From Actinomycetota bacterium (lineage in GTDB: Bacteria; Actinomycetota; Acidimicrobiia; Acidimicrobiales; Ilumatobacteraceae), in NCBI GenBank assembly GCA_031401235.1, contig JANNRJ010000004.1, positions 3,311-67,310 of the forward strand: DNA of 64,000 nucleotides, in the 5' to 3' direction. The notes under the pieces were generated by a model, which made no database searches, was not told the origin of the DNA, and saw only the letters and a program-made list of their open reading frames with translations. The translations under genes and the position numbers were made by a program. Shown here in pieces: positions 46,522-57,507 of this stretch (its first letter is position 1; each line of letters begins with the position of its first letter).

Positions 46522-47579
46522 ACAATTTCATGAGGCACACCTTCGGGTAGCTCCCCACTTTGCCGACCAGCCGCAGCACTGGCTTGGACAGCATCCACGC
46601 TGACCATTCCTCGGCCAAACACCAAACCGTCAAGGCCTGATATTTCGACCGTATCTCCCTCGACAAAATCGCCATGAACTTCAATCACGCCGGCATGCAA
46701 CAATGAAGTATTACGTTCGACCAAAGCAGATTTGGCACCTGCATCCACGACGATGACACCAGCACTGTGGGCGGCGAAGGCGATCCATAATTTACGTGCC
46801 GATAAATGTCGATCATGGGGAAGGAATTGTGTTCCGGCGCCTTTCACTTGCGAAAGTGATTGAGCGAGAACATCGTCTCGCTGGGCATCGGCAATTACTG
46901 TTCGCACACCCGACCAGGATGCAATTCGCGCCGCGGCCAATTTGGAGGCCATTCCGCCGCTGCCCCGTGCCGTCATAGTGGTGCTTGCATTTACCGAAAG
47001 CAGAGGATCGTCGGCATTGACTTGGTCGATGAAGGTCGCATCCGGATGCACATTTGGATCGGATGAGTACAACCCAGCAATATCGGTGAGAAGAATGAGG
47101 ACATCTGCGGCAACACTGTGCGCGACAAGTGCAGCGATACGGTCGTTATCGCCGTATCTGATTTCGTCACTGGCGATCGCATCATTTTCATTGATTACTG
47201 GAACACAACCGAGTTCGAGTAATCGACACAATGTGTCACGGGCATGCAAATACTGGTGACGATCAATAAAGTCGTTGGGCACGAGCAGAACCTGGGCACC
47301 GACGATTCCATGAAGTTGAAGTTGCTGATTGTATTCCTGCATCAGGCGGCTCTGCCCCACGGCGGCCAAGGCTTGCAGCGTGAGTGTATCGCTAGGTCGT
47401 CTAGTTAACCCGAGTGCTGCAACTCCGCCGGCGACTGCCCCCGAACTGACCACAAGAACTTCGTTTCCGTCCTTGCGCAATTGAGCCACTTGTTGACACA
47501 AATTAGCAATCACTGAACGCTGAATACTTCCGCCTTCGTCAGTAACTGACGAGGTGCCGATTTTCACAACGATGCGCAT
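46488..47579 (-). CDS. proB: glutamate 5-kinase
   Basis: RIVVKIGTSS N-terminus, amino-acid kinase fold, and C-terminal PUA domain. Confidence 0.93.
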   Translation of the reverse strand: MRIVVKIGTSSVTDEGGSIQRSVIANLCQQVAQLRKDGNEVLVVSSGAVAGGVAALGLTRRPSDTLTLQALAAVGQSRLMQEYNQQLQLHGIVGAQVLLVPNDFIDRHQYLHARDTLCRLLELGCVPVINENDAIASDEIRYGDNDRIAALVAHSVAADVLILLTDIAGLYSSDPNVHPDATFIDQVNADDPLLSVNASTTMTARGSGGMASKLAAARIASWSGVRTVIADAQRDDVLAQSLSQVKGAGTQFLPHDRHLSARKLWIAFAAHSAGVIVVDAGAKSALVERNTSLLHAGVIEVHGDFVEGDTVEISGLDGLVFGRGMVSVDAVQASAAAGRQSGELPEGVPHEIVHRDDLVVLVA

Positions 47580-47581
47580 GA

Positions 47582-48832
47582 TTACTGCTCCGGCACATAG
47601 TCGAAACTGAACTCACCAATCCACACCACGGCGCCGTCCCCGGCTCCGGCTCGAACGAGCAATCGAGGAACACCAAGGTTCTTCAATCGCTCATCGATGT
47701 AGTTAAGTGCGTCAGGTGTGTGAACATCGTTTAGAGCAACTGCCCGCTCGACGGCACGACCTTTCAAACGAAACTCATTGTCGGCAATTCGCTCCACATG
47801 AGTTCCTTCGGGTTCTGGTCGAATGATGACCGGAGGTTGCTGGGGAGGTTCGCTGACACGCGCATGTTTCACCAAATCAGCCAATTTCCCAAGCACCGGC
47901 CGCACTCCATCGCCGGTAACGGCCGAAATTCGATCCCCTGACCAATCCGAAATCGATTGTGAATCCGCTGCATCCAGTTTTGTACCGACGACTAGTCGTG
48001 GACGGTCAAGCAATTCCGGTTTATAGGCCTGCAATTCGTGTAACAAAATCTCGAGTTGTCGTGTCGCCGACATACCATCCATCGGCGCCAAGTCAAGCAA
48101 GATGCACAACACCCGGGCTCGTTCAATGTGTCGCAGAAACTGATGACCTAATCCTTTACCATCACTTGCACCTTCGATGATTCCAGGTATGTCGGCTAGA
48201 ATGAATTCAGTTGTGCTATCAAGTCGCACCACGCCGAGATGTGGCTCAAGGGTGGTGAACGGGTAATTGGCGATCTTTGGTTTTGCCGCCGACACCGCAC
48301 TTATAAATGTGCTCTTTCCGGAATTTGGAAATCCGACGAGTGCCACATCGGCCATAAGTTTCAATTCCAATTTCAGCCATCGCTCTAAGCCGTGTTCGCC
48401 CTGCTCGGCAAACTTTGGTGCCCGACGGCGATTCGACAAAAATCGGGCGTTTCCTCGTCCGCCCTGTCCACCCGGTGCGCACAGCCACTTCGACCCGTGA
48501 ACCGGCAAATCAGCGAGTACTTCGGCCGTGTACATGTCCTTTACCACGGTTCCCTCGGGCACATGAATTTCTAAGTCTTTACCCCGCCGACCATGCAGAT
48601 CTTTCCCCATTCCGTGGACCCCATCGCTTGCCCGCCGATGGGGATGATCCCTGAATGCCAATAACGACGCGACGTTGTGGTCGGCCACAAGCCATACAGA
48701 TCCACCGTTGCCGCCATCGCCACCATTGGGACCGCCAAACGCAACTGGACCTTCTCGTCGAAAACTTACGCAGCCGGCTCCACCGTCGCCACCAAGAACA
48801 TTGAGTTGGGCTTCATCAACAAATACGCTCAT
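47582..48832 (-). CDS. obg: GTPase Obg
   Basis: Gly-rich Obg fold (GGDGGNGG), G1 motif GFPNSGKST, DIPG, and a C-terminal OCT-like domain. Confidence 0.95.
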   Translation of the reverse strand: MSVFVDEAQLNVLGGDGGAGCVSFRREGPVAFGGPNGGDGGNGGSVWLVADHNVASLLAFRDHPHRRASDGVHGMGKDLHGRRGKDLEIHVPEGTVVKDMYTAEVLADLPVHGSKWLCAPGGQGGRGNARFLSNRRRAPKFAEQGEHGLERWLKLELKLMADVALVGFPNSGKSTFISAVSAAKPKIANYPFTTLEPHLGVVRLDSTTEFILADIPGIIEGASDGKGLGHQFLRHIERARVLCILLDLAPMDGMSATRQLEILLHELQAYKPELLDRPRLVVGTKLDAADSQSISDWSGDRISAVTGDGVRPVLGKLADLVKHARVSEPPQQPPVIIRPEPEGTHVERIADNEFRLKGRAVERAVALNDVHTPDALNYIDERLKNLGVPRLLVRAGAGDGAVVWIGEFSFDYVPEQ

Positions 48833-48889
48833 AGGGGTTTTTCAGGATACTGCCCGCACTGCACATCATGCTCCACGTATCGTGATGCC

Positions 48890-50017
48890 ATGGGCGAAGG
48901 CCAAATACATTCACGAATTGAATCCTGGGCTGAAACGATGCACGGAAATTTAAGTGATTCTGAGATTCGTCTCGCTCATGTGGACTCATCGGCCGGACCC
49001 GGCACGACACATCCCGTTGAGCGTCTAGCGCGCGAAGCTTCCGAAGATGCTCACCTATCACCGCTGGCAACTCGATCATTCGGGTCCGGCAATCGTGCCC
49101 TGGCTGAAGCAGCAGATCCATTTCGGACCTGTTTTGAGCGTGACCGCGATCGAATATTGCACGCTGCGGCTTTTCGCCGACTGGCCGGCAAGACCCAAGT
49201 ATTTGTCTTTCCCCAAGATCATCAGCGGACTCGACTTACCCATGCCCTCGAAGTGGCCCAAGTTTCCACTGCGTTGTCGCGCGCCCTCGGTCTCAATGTT
49301 TCACTTACCGAAGCTATTGCCCTTGGCCACGACTGTGGACACGGCCCTGGCGGGCATGCCAGTGAAGACGCACTAAGTCAATTTGTGAAGAACGGATTTG
49401 ATCATGCCGTTTGGGGGGCGGATGTCACACTTTCTTCGCTCAATCTGTGTACCGAAACATTGGACGGAATTCGAAATCATTCCTGGTCGCGACCTGCGCC
49501 GAGTACCCCCGAAGGTGAAGTCGTCTCATGGGCCGACCGAATCGCATACGTGTGTCACGATTTTGAAGATGCGGTAGCCGCTGGCATTGTGTCACCAGAG
49601 CAATTGCCGGTTGATATTAGATCACTATGCGGGATCACTAGAAGTAGTCAATTGCGCGTATTCATCTCAGCAATGATTGCCGCCACCACATCCTCCGGAC
49701 TCATCGGGATGACTCCAAGTACCGCCGATGCGTTGGCAATGTTTCGAAAATTCAATTACGAAAATATTTATATGCGTCAAGAATCACGTCAGCAGGCCAC
49801 GACCGTGATCAACTTGTTGCGCGCCTTGGTCGAGCATTACATCAAGTATCCACAGTTAATGGGAGATACTGGTGAATCAAAGCCACCGGAACACGACATT
49901 GTTCATGATGCTGTCGCCTATGTCGGCGGAATGACAGATCGCTTCGCCTGTCGGCAAGCAGTCGCATTACTTGGCTGGACCCACTCGCAACTTCCTCAGG
50001 GAATCGATACGAACTAA
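48890..50017 (+). CDS. dGTP triphosphohydrolase-like HD-domain protein
   Basis: FERDRDRILH, RLTHALEVAQV and GHDCGHGPGGH motifs. The start is uncertain (ATG at 48890 or 48938). The track start at 48677 overlaps obg. Confidence 0.8.
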   Translation: MGEGQIHSRIESWAETMHGNLSDSEIRLAHVDSSAGPGTTHPVERLAREASEDAHLSPLATRSFGSGNRALAEAADPFRTCFERDRDRILHAAAFRRLAGKTQVFVFPQDHQRTRLTHALEVAQVSTALSRALGLNVSLTEAIALGHDCGHGPGGHASEDALSQFVKNGFDHAVWGADVTLSSLNLCTETLDGIRNHSWSRPAPSTPEGEVVSWADRIAYVCHDFEDAVAAGIVSPEQLPVDIRSLCGITRSSQLRVFISAMIAATTSSGLIGMTPSTADALAMFRKFNYENIYMRQESRQQATTVINLLRALVEHYIKYPQLMGDTGESKPPEHDIVHDAVAYVGGMTDRFACRQAVALLGWTHSQLPQGIDTN

Positions 50018-50029
50018 ATTAATGCGTAG

Positions 50030-50284
50030 TTAGAGGGAAGCAACTACATCGACCACTTTGCGGCCACGACGTTCGCCAAATTTTACGTTCCCGGCAGCCA
50101 ACGCAAATAGTGTGTCGTCTTTGCCGATACCAACATTGCGTCCGGGATGCACCTTGGTGCCCCGCTGGCGGATCAGGATCGTGCCAGCAGTAATTAGGGT
50201 GCCGTCAAAAACTTTTACTCCTAAACGCTGCGCGTTGGAATCACGGCCGTTACGTGTAGAACCGCCACCCTTTGTCTTTGACAT
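50030..50284 (-). CDS. rpmA: 50S ribosomal protein L27
   Basis: 84 aa. [20 protein letters not shown] is the L27 signature. Confidence 0.95.
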   Translation of the reverse strand: MSKTKGGGSTRNGRDSNAQRLGVKVFDGTLITAGTILIRQRGTKVHPGRNVGIGKDDTLFALAAGNVKFGERRGRKVVDVVASL

Positions 50285-50287
50285 AAA

Positions 50288-50599
50288 TTAGCCTTTCGCA
50301 ATCTCGGTGATTTCAATCACCGAATACTTCTGACGATGACCAAAACGGCGACGCTGATTGGTTTTATTCTTGTAGGTAAAGCCATCAATCTTTGGTCCGG
50401 CCGCTTTGCCAATTACCTTGGCAGTGACCAAAGCCTTGGACAGCTGATCTGGAGTTGAGAGGACGCTCGATCCGTCGACAACTAATACCGGGGTAAAACG
50501 AACCTCGGCACCTTCGGCAATGTCTAGAAGTTCGACCTGGACTTGTTGGCCCATGGACACCTTCTCTTGCTTGCCACCTGTTGCAATCACTGCGTACAT
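50288..50599 (-). CDS. rplU: 50S ribosomal protein L21
   Basis: The ATG at 50599 gives MYAVIATGGKQEKV, the canonical L21 N-terminus. Confidence 0.95.
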   Translation of the reverse strand: MYAVIATGGKQEKVSMGQQVQVELLDIAEGAEVRFTPVLVVDGSSVLSTPDQLSKALVTAKVIGKAAGPKIDGFTYKNKTNQRRRFGHRQKYSVIEITEIAKG

Positions 50600-50644
50600 A
50601 ACGGTTTCTAATCCTATCGGGTCGTTTTCACGTTGCACTAATAT

Positions 50645-52450
50645 TTAATCCAACATCGACAAATCCATCAGAACACCGCGCCCCTCGCAGGTCTCGCATA
50701 CGTCGGTAAAACTGGTGAGCAGACCTTCCCCGATGCGCTTTCGGGTCATCTCGACTAGCCCCAAATCGGAAATCTCGAATACCTGAGTACGAGTTTTATC
50801 GCGGCCTAATGCTTCTCGAAACGCGTCTAGAACCTTGCGACGATTTTCACGAATTTCCATGTCGATGAAGTCAATGACGATGATCCCACCGATGTCACGA
50901 AGCCGCAATTGCCTCGCAATTTCATCGGCGGCTTCCAAATTGTTATGGAAAACCGTTTCTTCAAGGTTCGATTTTCCGACGTTTTTGCCAGTGTTCACGT
51001 CGATGACGGTGAGAGCTTCGGTGTGCTCGATGATCAGCGAGCCCCCGGACGGTAACCACACCTTCGGTTCGAGTGCTTTGCGTAATTGTTCGTGCACCCG
51101 ATAGTGCTCGAACATCGGAAGACCCTCTTTGGATGCGTCGTAGTATTCGACACGATCGGCAAACTCGGGATTAAACGCTTGGATGTAATCGCGAACTTCG
51201 ATGTATAGAGCTTCATCATCAATAGTAACTCCACGATAATCACTACTGAATTCTTCGCGTATCACGCGTACAGCCAATGGCGGTTCGCGGTAAAGCAATG
51301 TTGGTGAGTTTGCCTTCTTTGCCTTTTCCTTGATGACTTCCCATTGGGCAAGGAGCCGATTCAAATCCGTGTCAAGCTCATGCTCAGTGGCATGCACCGA
51401 GGCTGTCCGCACAATAATGCCGTGTTCGTCGGGCTTTATACGATCAAGAATTGCTCGCAATCGCCGACGCTCGTTGTCGGGCAGTCGCTTAGAAATTCCG
51501 TATGTTCGCGAATCTGGTATCAGGACCACGAAACGTCCGGGCAAGGAAACCTCTTGGGTCAACCGGCCGCCTTTGGCGCCAATCGGGTTTTTGGTTACTT
51601 GGCACAAAATGAGTTGGCGGGCCTTCAACACATGTTCAATACGTGGATCAGGACCCTGCTCCACAACATCTTCCTTGTCGAATTGAACATCGCCGCGATA
51701 TAGCACGGCGTTCTTCGGCGTGCCGATGTCAACAAAGGCGGCTTCCATCCCTGGCAACACGTTTTGCACCCGACCCAAGTAAATATTTCCATGAATCTGT
51801 TCGTCATCATCAGAGGGCCGACTGACATAGTGTTCGATGAGGCTTCGCCCTTCCAGCATCGCCACTTGGGTAAATTCTGGTCGAACTTGCACGCACATGA
51901 AATAGCGTCCGAGCGGCCGACCATTGCGTTCCTTCCCTCGACGACGCTCAATCAAGTCGGCGTCCGAATTGATCGCCACAGTCTCGTTTGTGTTTCGCTC
52001 AGTTCGACCACGACGATTTCGACCACCGCGACGATTACCGCGACGACCCTTTGGTTTGGATCGAGTCCCGATGCTTTGATCTACATCAGTGGTTGCTTCG
52101 GATTGCGTCAGAATTGCCTTTGGCAGCTCTACGACCACGGGAGCCGGTCGAGTGTCGCCTATCTGCGGTTTGCGCACAAGGGCTTCGGCCCCAGTTTCGA
52201 AGTTATACATTTTGGCCTCTTTCGGCGGATCTGGTAGCTCGATTGAGATCGAGCGATTTCGGTTGCTTCCACCACGATTTCCGCGACGTCGCTTACGCGC
52301 CGCGATTTCACTCTCGCTTGGGGCTACCTGTGGGACTATTGATGGCTGCTCGGGACTAGAGGCCCCTGGGCTCATATCACTCATTGACTTCTCGTTTCCT
52401 GTAATCCGATGACCCTTCAGGACGCGAACATTGCGCATCCTTGCTGTCAT
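50645..52450 (-). CDS. rne: ribonuclease E/G family endoribonuclease
   Basis: Arg-rich N-terminal segments (RKRRRGNRGG, GRRGNRRGGRNRRGR), then the S1/catalytic core (NIYLGRVQNVLPGMEAAFVDIG, LTVIDVNTG, IGGIIVIDFIDM). An alternative start is the ATG at 52384 with an AGGAAA/GAGAAG purine tract upstream. Confidence 0.85.
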   Translation of the reverse strand: MTARMRNVRVLKGHRITGNEKSMSDMSPGASSPEQPSIVPQVAPSESEIAARKRRRGNRGGSNRNRSISIELPDPPKEAKMYNFETGAEALVRKPQIGDTRPAPVVVELPKAILTQSEATTDVDQSIGTRSKPKGRRGNRRGGRNRRGRTERNTNETVAINSDADLIERRRGKERNGRPLGRYFMCVQVRPEFTQVAMLEGRSLIEHYVSRPSDDDEQIHGNIYLGRVQNVLPGMEAAFVDIGTPKNAVLYRGDVQFDKEDVVEQGPDPRIEHVLKARQLILCQVTKNPIGAKGGRLTQEVSLPGRFVVLIPDSRTYGISKRLPDNERRRLRAILDRIKPDEHGIIVRTASVHATEHELDTDLNRLLAQWEVIKEKAKKANSPTLLYREPPLAVRVIREEFSSDYRGVTIDDEALYIEVRDYIQAFNPEFADRVEYYDASKEGLPMFEHYRVHEQLRKALEPKVWLPSGGSLIIEHTEALTVIDVNTGKNVGKSNLEETVFHNNLEAADEIARQLRLRDIGGIIVIDFIDMEIRENRRKVLDAFREALGRDKTRTQVFEISDLGLVEMTRKRIGEGLLTSFTDVCETCEGRGVLMDLSMLD

Positions 52451-52573
52451 CGCCGCGCGGCGCTCGCGAAACCGCAGTTTCGGCGTTGCACCATCGCGTC
52501 ATCAACCTGTGGCCGAATATCTGTACCCGACCCTGCTATCAGGATACTCCCAACTCGAACCACATTCGGTGAC

Positions 52574-53758
52574 CTATTCGAGCCTTCTCATGTGGATACT
52601 TTGAACCAATCCGATCAACATCGCCGATGATGCCAAGTGCGAGCCGCCATATGAAATGAACGGGAGCGGTAGCCCGCTCACCGGCGTTAGACCAAGGGTC
52701 ATTCCAATGTTCTGGAAAATTTGCCACGACAGCATCGTGAAGATCCCCGTCGCTAGCAACAGTCCAAGTCGATCCCGAGCCAGTTGGGCGATCCGCCAAG
52801 TTCGCCACAGAACAATTCCAAACAGCCCAAGCACAACCCCTCCGCCAAGCATTCCGAATTGCTCGGCGATGGCCGAAAATGGAAAATCGGTGAACTGTAC
52901 GGGTATGAATGCCCCATTTGTCAATGGGCCGTTCAAATAACCCTTGCCAAAGAATCCGCCGGTTGACACGGCGCGCTTGGCAAATCTCACCTGAAGGAGA
53001 ATTCGGTCCAACGCACTGTCCTTAGAATTCTGGTTCAGCCAAGCTTCGATTCGCGCTAACTGATATCCACCAACTACTCCTCCAATTACGGTGCCGATAA
53101 CCGTCAAAATCGACATCGCCGTAATCAGCGCCAAATATCTGCGCTTAGCACCAGCGACAAATAGAAGTCCGGCGACTCCGGCGACGATTACCGAAACCGA
53201 GCCAAGATCTGGCTGTAACAAAATCAATCCAATCGGCGCACCAAGAATATATAACGACATAACAAATTGGTGATAATTAATCCGACCTTCCATTGAATCG
53301 GATAAGTACGAAGCAATGGTCAACAGGATAATTGGTTTTGCTGCTTCGGCAGGTTGAACGGAAAAAAATCCAAAGTCAAACGACAATCGTGCACCACCCC
53401 GCACGGCACCGGCAACCAACACCAAAACCAGAGATACCAAAACAAGTCCATAGAAAAAAATCGCTCGACCGCGAAACCACTCGTGCCCCATTGCCATGAT
53501 CAAGATCATCAATGCGGTGGCAATAATGGCGAATCCAACTTGTCGTTGGACATAAATAAATGGATCAAAACCTTGATTGATAAGTCGTTGGCGGGTTGCC
53601 GAATACGTGTTGAACATTCCGATGACGCCAAGGGCAATGACTGCCCCGAGGAGCAACCAATCAATATTTCGAAATGGATCTGCAAAGCTCCCAGCGAATG
53701 CTCTGTTACTCGACCCCTTACGGCGGATGGTCAGCAAATTGATTGGTGATTTGAGCAT
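52574..53758 (-). CDS. rodA: SEDS-family peptidoglycan polymerase RodA
   Basis: Polytopic membrane protein with C-terminal GLPLPFISYGGS. It follows pbp2 with a TGATG 1-nt overlap (ATG at 53758). Confidence 0.85.
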   Translation of the reverse strand: MLKSPINLLTIRRKGSSNRAFAGSFADPFRNIDWLLLGAVIALGVIGMFNTYSATRQRLINQGFDPFIYVQRQVGFAIIATALMILIMAMGHEWFRGRAIFFYGLVLVSLVLVLVAGAVRGGARLSFDFGFFSVQPAEAAKPIILLTIASYLSDSMEGRINYHQFVMSLYILGAPIGLILLQPDLGSVSVIVAGVAGLLFVAGAKRRYLALITAMSILTVIGTVIGGVVGGYQLARIEAWLNQNSKDSALDRILLQVRFAKRAVSTGGFFGKGYLNGPLTNGAFIPVQFTDFPFSAIAEQFGMLGGGVVLGLFGIVLWRTWRIAQLARDRLGLLLATGIFTMLSWQIFQNIGMTLGLTPVSGLPLPFISYGGSHLASSAMLIGLVQSIHMRRLE

Positions 53759-55929
53759 CAATCGCGACTTTCCGAACCCACGCTGGCCAGGCACAAAGGG
53801 TTACGTAAGGTTGATGGTGGGGCCGCCACGGCTGAACTGAGATTGAGCGGATTGGCAGGAACAACTGGGTCGAGCCGGTATTCGCCCGCCAAGGCGGTGA
53901 ACAAACATTTTACTACTGGTGCGGCCGCTTGGGAACCGTAACCAGACTTTTCCAAATACGCATACGCGGTGTAGGGAAATGTTGGATCGAGACTGAATGC
54001 GCCAAATGCCGATGAGTCATTCCATGGCAAGTTGCCAAATCCCTGGGCGGTACCAGTTTTCCCAGCAATCGGCAAAATTTTGTACGGATAACCACGAAAC
54101 AAGTTTTCACCAGTTGTCTTGTGGTAGTAGCCAAATGTCACGCCGGGGCCGGTAATGACTCGAGCCATCCCCTTAACAATGGGCTCGCGGCGATCCCCTG
54201 ACATATCAAGGGTCCGCACTGGATCCAACTGATCAAACCTTTCAACGGTTGAGGCAAAACCAAGATTGGCGAATCCTGGCGACGCATCTGGGGTGCCTGG
54301 CGACAAAATCTGTTGGACGACATGTGGTTGATACAACTTTCCAGAATTTGCCAACACTGCATATGCGCTAGCCACTTGCAAGGGTGTTGCCGATAGCAAC
54401 CCTTGACCAATGGCGAAGAGAATTTGATCACCTACGTAATACGCCTGCCCCGACTCTTCTGAAATTGCACCCAAGTCTGCCATTCGCCGTTTGAGGGCTT
54501 TGCTCGGAATCGTGCCCGAATATTCGTATGGCAAGTCGATATTGGTTGGTGAACCGAATCCGAATAACCGTACCTGCTGTTCAAGAATCGGTTGATAACC
54601 CCGTTCGGTGAGAATCTGTTCGCCGATTTTGTAAAAAAACGAGTCGCTCGAAACCGCCAGAGCCTGTTCAACTGTCACCGTCCCGTATCTGCATGGTTGA
54701 CCGGTGGCTCGACAAGTTGCATTACGAAAGACGCACTTCACTCCTTGTTGACACCGATCATTAGGAATACTTTCCAATTTGTAAGTGCCCTCGTCCTTAA
54801 ACGTGTATGTCGAACCACCTGGTAACTGGCCCGTATTCAATGCGGCGTAAGCGACGAAAGGTTTGAACGATGAACCCAAGTTGTAACGCCCAGATAGCGC
54901 CCGATTAACCAAGATCGACAAGTCGGGATCATCTGTCTGCGGAAATATTTGGGCAAATTTGTTGTTTGTAATTACAGAACCGAACCAACGGTTATCAAAG
55001 CGCGGATACGACGCCATTGCAACAACTTGTCCGTTTTCTTGATTGAGCAGAACCAGCGACCCAGCGGGCGCTTTGTAATATGTGACTTCTGGATATTGAG
55101 GATCTGGAGTGCCGTCGGGTAAATTCACCGTCGCGGCTTCAACTCGGCGACGAAGTCCCAACTGAGTTTCAAGAGCCTGTTCGGCAAATTGTTGGATCGA
55201 TAGATTGATCGACAATTCAAGATCGTTGCCAATGACTGGTTCAACTCGTTCAAGAACTCGAAGAACTCTTCCTTGAGCGTCTACTTCAAATCGAAGGTAT
55301 CCAGGTTTGCCTCGTAACACCGTTTCATACGATTGCTCAACGCCATATTGACCCACCCGTTCATTTGGGTCGTAACCAATTGAACGGTAATAGGCGAGAT
55401 TGTTGGACAGGATTGCGCCCATGTACCCAATAATGTGACTCCCGAGGGCGCCATATGGGTAATTTCGTCGATATTCCTCTCGCACATACACCCCGGGGAA
55501 ATCTTCGGTGCGCTCCTGCAAAAAAAGAGCAGTGTCTTCGGAAACATCTTCTTTGAGTGGAAGTGCCTCAAGGGGTCCAAATCGTCGGTCCTCATATCGT
55601 TTGTACAACAATTCAAGAGGCAAACCCAACGGACCGGAAAGGCGTTGAAACATGGCCAATCGATCGACCGGGTCATTGATCACGCTTCGATCGATAGTCA
55701 CCGTGAGAATGCGTTGATTGTCGGCGAGAACTCGACCGGTCACATCAAAAATTCGCCCTCGCTCACCCAATAGTTTGATCGTGCGTGTTCGGACTGCCAG
55801 CACTATGGATTCGGTCGAACGTGCTTCAACGGCTTGCAAAAACCACATCCTGACCGCCAACGAACTCATCAACAGAAGGGTTACAACCCCAAGGGCGATC
55901 AGCCGTTTTGGTCGACCTTGCTTTGCCAC
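53758..55929 (-). CDS. mrdA: class B penicillin-binding protein 2 (elongasome transpeptidase)
   Basis: 723 aa. TM anchor, SxxK (SSFK) and KTG (KTGTAQ). Lies between mreD and rodA. Confidence 0.85.
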   Translation of the reverse strand: MAKQGRPKRLIALGVVTLLLMSSLAVRMWFLQAVEARSTESIVLAVRTRTIKLLGERGRIFDVTGRVLADNQRILTVTIDRSVINDPVDRLAMFQRLSGPLGLPLELLYKRYEDRRFGPLEALPLKEDVSEDTALFLQERTEDFPGVYVREEYRRNYPYGALGSHIIGYMGAILSNNLAYYRSIGYDPNERVGQYGVEQSYETVLRGKPGYLRFEVDAQGRVLRVLERVEPVIGNDLELSINLSIQQFAEQALETQLGLRRRVEAATVNLPDGTPDPQYPEVTYYKAPAGSLVLLNQENGQVVAMASYPRFDNRWFGSVITNNKFAQIFPQTDDPDLSILVNRALSGRYNLGSSFKPFVAYAALNTGQLPGGSTYTFKDEGTYKLESIPNDRCQQGVKCVFRNATCRATGQPCRYGTVTVEQALAVSSDSFFYKIGEQILTERGYQPILEQQVRLFGFGSPTNIDLPYEYSGTIPSKALKRRMADLGAISEESGQAYYVGDQILFAIGQGLLSATPLQVASAYAVLANSGKLYQPHVVQQILSPGTPDASPGFANLGFASTVERFDQLDPVRTLDMSGDRREPIVKGMARVITGPGVTFGYYHKTTGENLFRGYPYKILPIAGKTGTAQGFGNLPWNDSSAFGAFSLDPTFPYTAYAYLEKSGYGSQAAAPVVKCLFTALAGEYRLDPVVPANPLNLSSAVAAPPSTLRNPLCLASVGSESRD

Positions 55930-56445
55930 CTAGATTCTCACTGGCTCACGTAGAGTCCAACGAGTAAGTGGCACGAAGACTGGCGCAAATGCACCAGTGG
56001 ACAATGCGACAACGGCCGCGATCCACAACACATGCATTTCAAGCCAGCCGTCGACACCGACCATTAGTAAGGCAACGGGAAACATGATCTCTCCGATTGC
56101 ACTCATTGCGGCAATGACTAGTGCACGACTCCACCATGTTGGCTCTCGAACGAAGAACGGCAGAATTCCAGCCATATATCCGGCACTACCGATAACCAAT
56201 GATCCGAGACCAAATGGTGTCGTGAGGACACAGTCATACATTGCACCGACGATGAGTCCGGTGATTGCTCCAACTTCGGATCCGTGGACGGTGCCAGTGC
56301 TCACTGCAAAAAGCAACATCAATGGCAGCATCACCCCAAAGGGTCGCAATTGACTCAACAGAGTCGTTTGCAAACCAAGCAACACAAGCGCAACAAGAAT
56401 CAACCGTGTCCAGCGATTCGAGGCAATAATTAAGACTCGATTCAC
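55930..56445 (-). CDS. mreD: rod shape-determining protein MreD
   Basis: 171 aa, five hydrophobic helices. Called mainly from its position after mreC, with a 4-nt overlap. Confidence 0.7.
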   Translation of the reverse strand: MNRVLIIASNRWTRLILVALVLLGLQTTLLSQLRPFGVMLPLMLLFAVSTGTVHGSEVGAITGLIVGAMYDCVLTTPFGLGSLVIGSAGYMAGILPFFVREPTWWSRALVIAAMSAIGEIMFPVALLMVGVDGWLEMHVLWIAAVVALSTGAFAPVFVPLTRWTLREPVRI

Positions 56446-57491
56446 GGTGTTACTTGTTCCGATATCGGCTGATACAGCAAGACTCGCAGGAATGACAGGT
56501 TTGTCAAGTCGGCGACAAGTTCAATTTCCAAAATTGGACCTGCCGTTCCCAATCTCGGAACAATTCGCGAAACTTTGCCAATGACAATGTCCGGCGGCGC
56601 CAAACTCAGCGATCCACCAGCACTAACTATTGGCGCACCCACACGGATTTCGCCAAATCGGGGATCAGCGGAAATAAATCGAACTGTTGGCGATCGAGTC
56701 GGACCTTGTCCCTCGAGAATTCCCGTCTCACGAACTGCGAGTGTCCCACTACTCGGCACGGTTAGTGATGTGATTCCGGAAGGAGGAGATGGAATTGTTG
56801 TTGCGCCAGGGGTGAATCCAGGGATTGTCGATACGACAACTTGCTCAACGACTGTAGTTTCCGGGACCGGAGCAACGGTGACCTTCGTCCCGATGCCTTC
56901 ACCAGGAACGGTAGATGCGGTTGTGGACTGTGGAATACTCACCAATTTCACCGACAACGCATATTCAGGGTCATTAATTAGCATCACCACAGCACGATCA
57001 GGAAATACTTGGGTAATTCGACCTACAAGACCAGCGGCATTGAGCACCGGCATTCCAACTCGTATTCCGCGCGCACTTCCTTGATTTATTTCGACATTCT
57101 GCGAAAAATTCGATGGCGAATCACCGATTACTTGAGCAGTAACTGAATTAATACCGGCAAGCGTTGGCAATCCATTAAGTGCCAACAATTCTTGAGCCAA
57201 TCTCACTGAGGCAGCCGCCGCTACCGCCGCACCTTCTTGTTGAGCAATTTTTTCGCGCAACAACCTATTTTCGGATTTGACATCGTCATAGTGTGTGATG
57301 CCATACCAGGCATTTCCCACCGGCCTGGTCACGACACGAACGACATCTTCGATCGGACTAAATACGGTTCCAAACGCTGAACGAACTGTCGACGTGGCCG
57401 AACTTCCTTGCAAATCCAGCGTCAACAGGATTACCGACGTCAGTGCCAGCAATACAATTGCTCGGCGACGATTGATGGTTAGTTCGGCCAC
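56442..57491 (-). CDS. mreC: rod shape-determining protein MreC
   Basis: N-terminal TM helix, coiled coil (ENRLLREKIAQQE) and beta-barrel motifs (GIRVGMPVLNAAGLVGRI). Carries a Thr/Pro/Val-rich insert. Confidence 0.85.
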   Translation of the reverse strand: MAELTINRRRAIVLLALTSVILLTLDLQGSSATSTVRSAFGTVFSPIEDVVRVVTRPVGNAWYGITHYDDVKSENRLLREKIAQQEGAAVAAAASVRLAQELLALNGLPTLAGINSVTAQVIGDSPSNFSQNVEINQGSARGIRVGMPVLNAAGLVGRITQVFPDRAVVMLINDPEYALSVKLVSIPQSTTASTVPGEGIGTKVTVAPVPETTVVEQVVVSTIPGFTPGATTIPSPPSGITSLTVPSSGTLAVRETGILEGQGPTRSPTVRFISADPRFGEIRVGAPIVSAGGSLSLAPPDIVIGKVSRIVPRLGTAGPILEIELVADLTNLSFLRVLLYQPISEQVTP

Positions 57492-57507
57492 AATCTCTCG
57501 AGTCGAC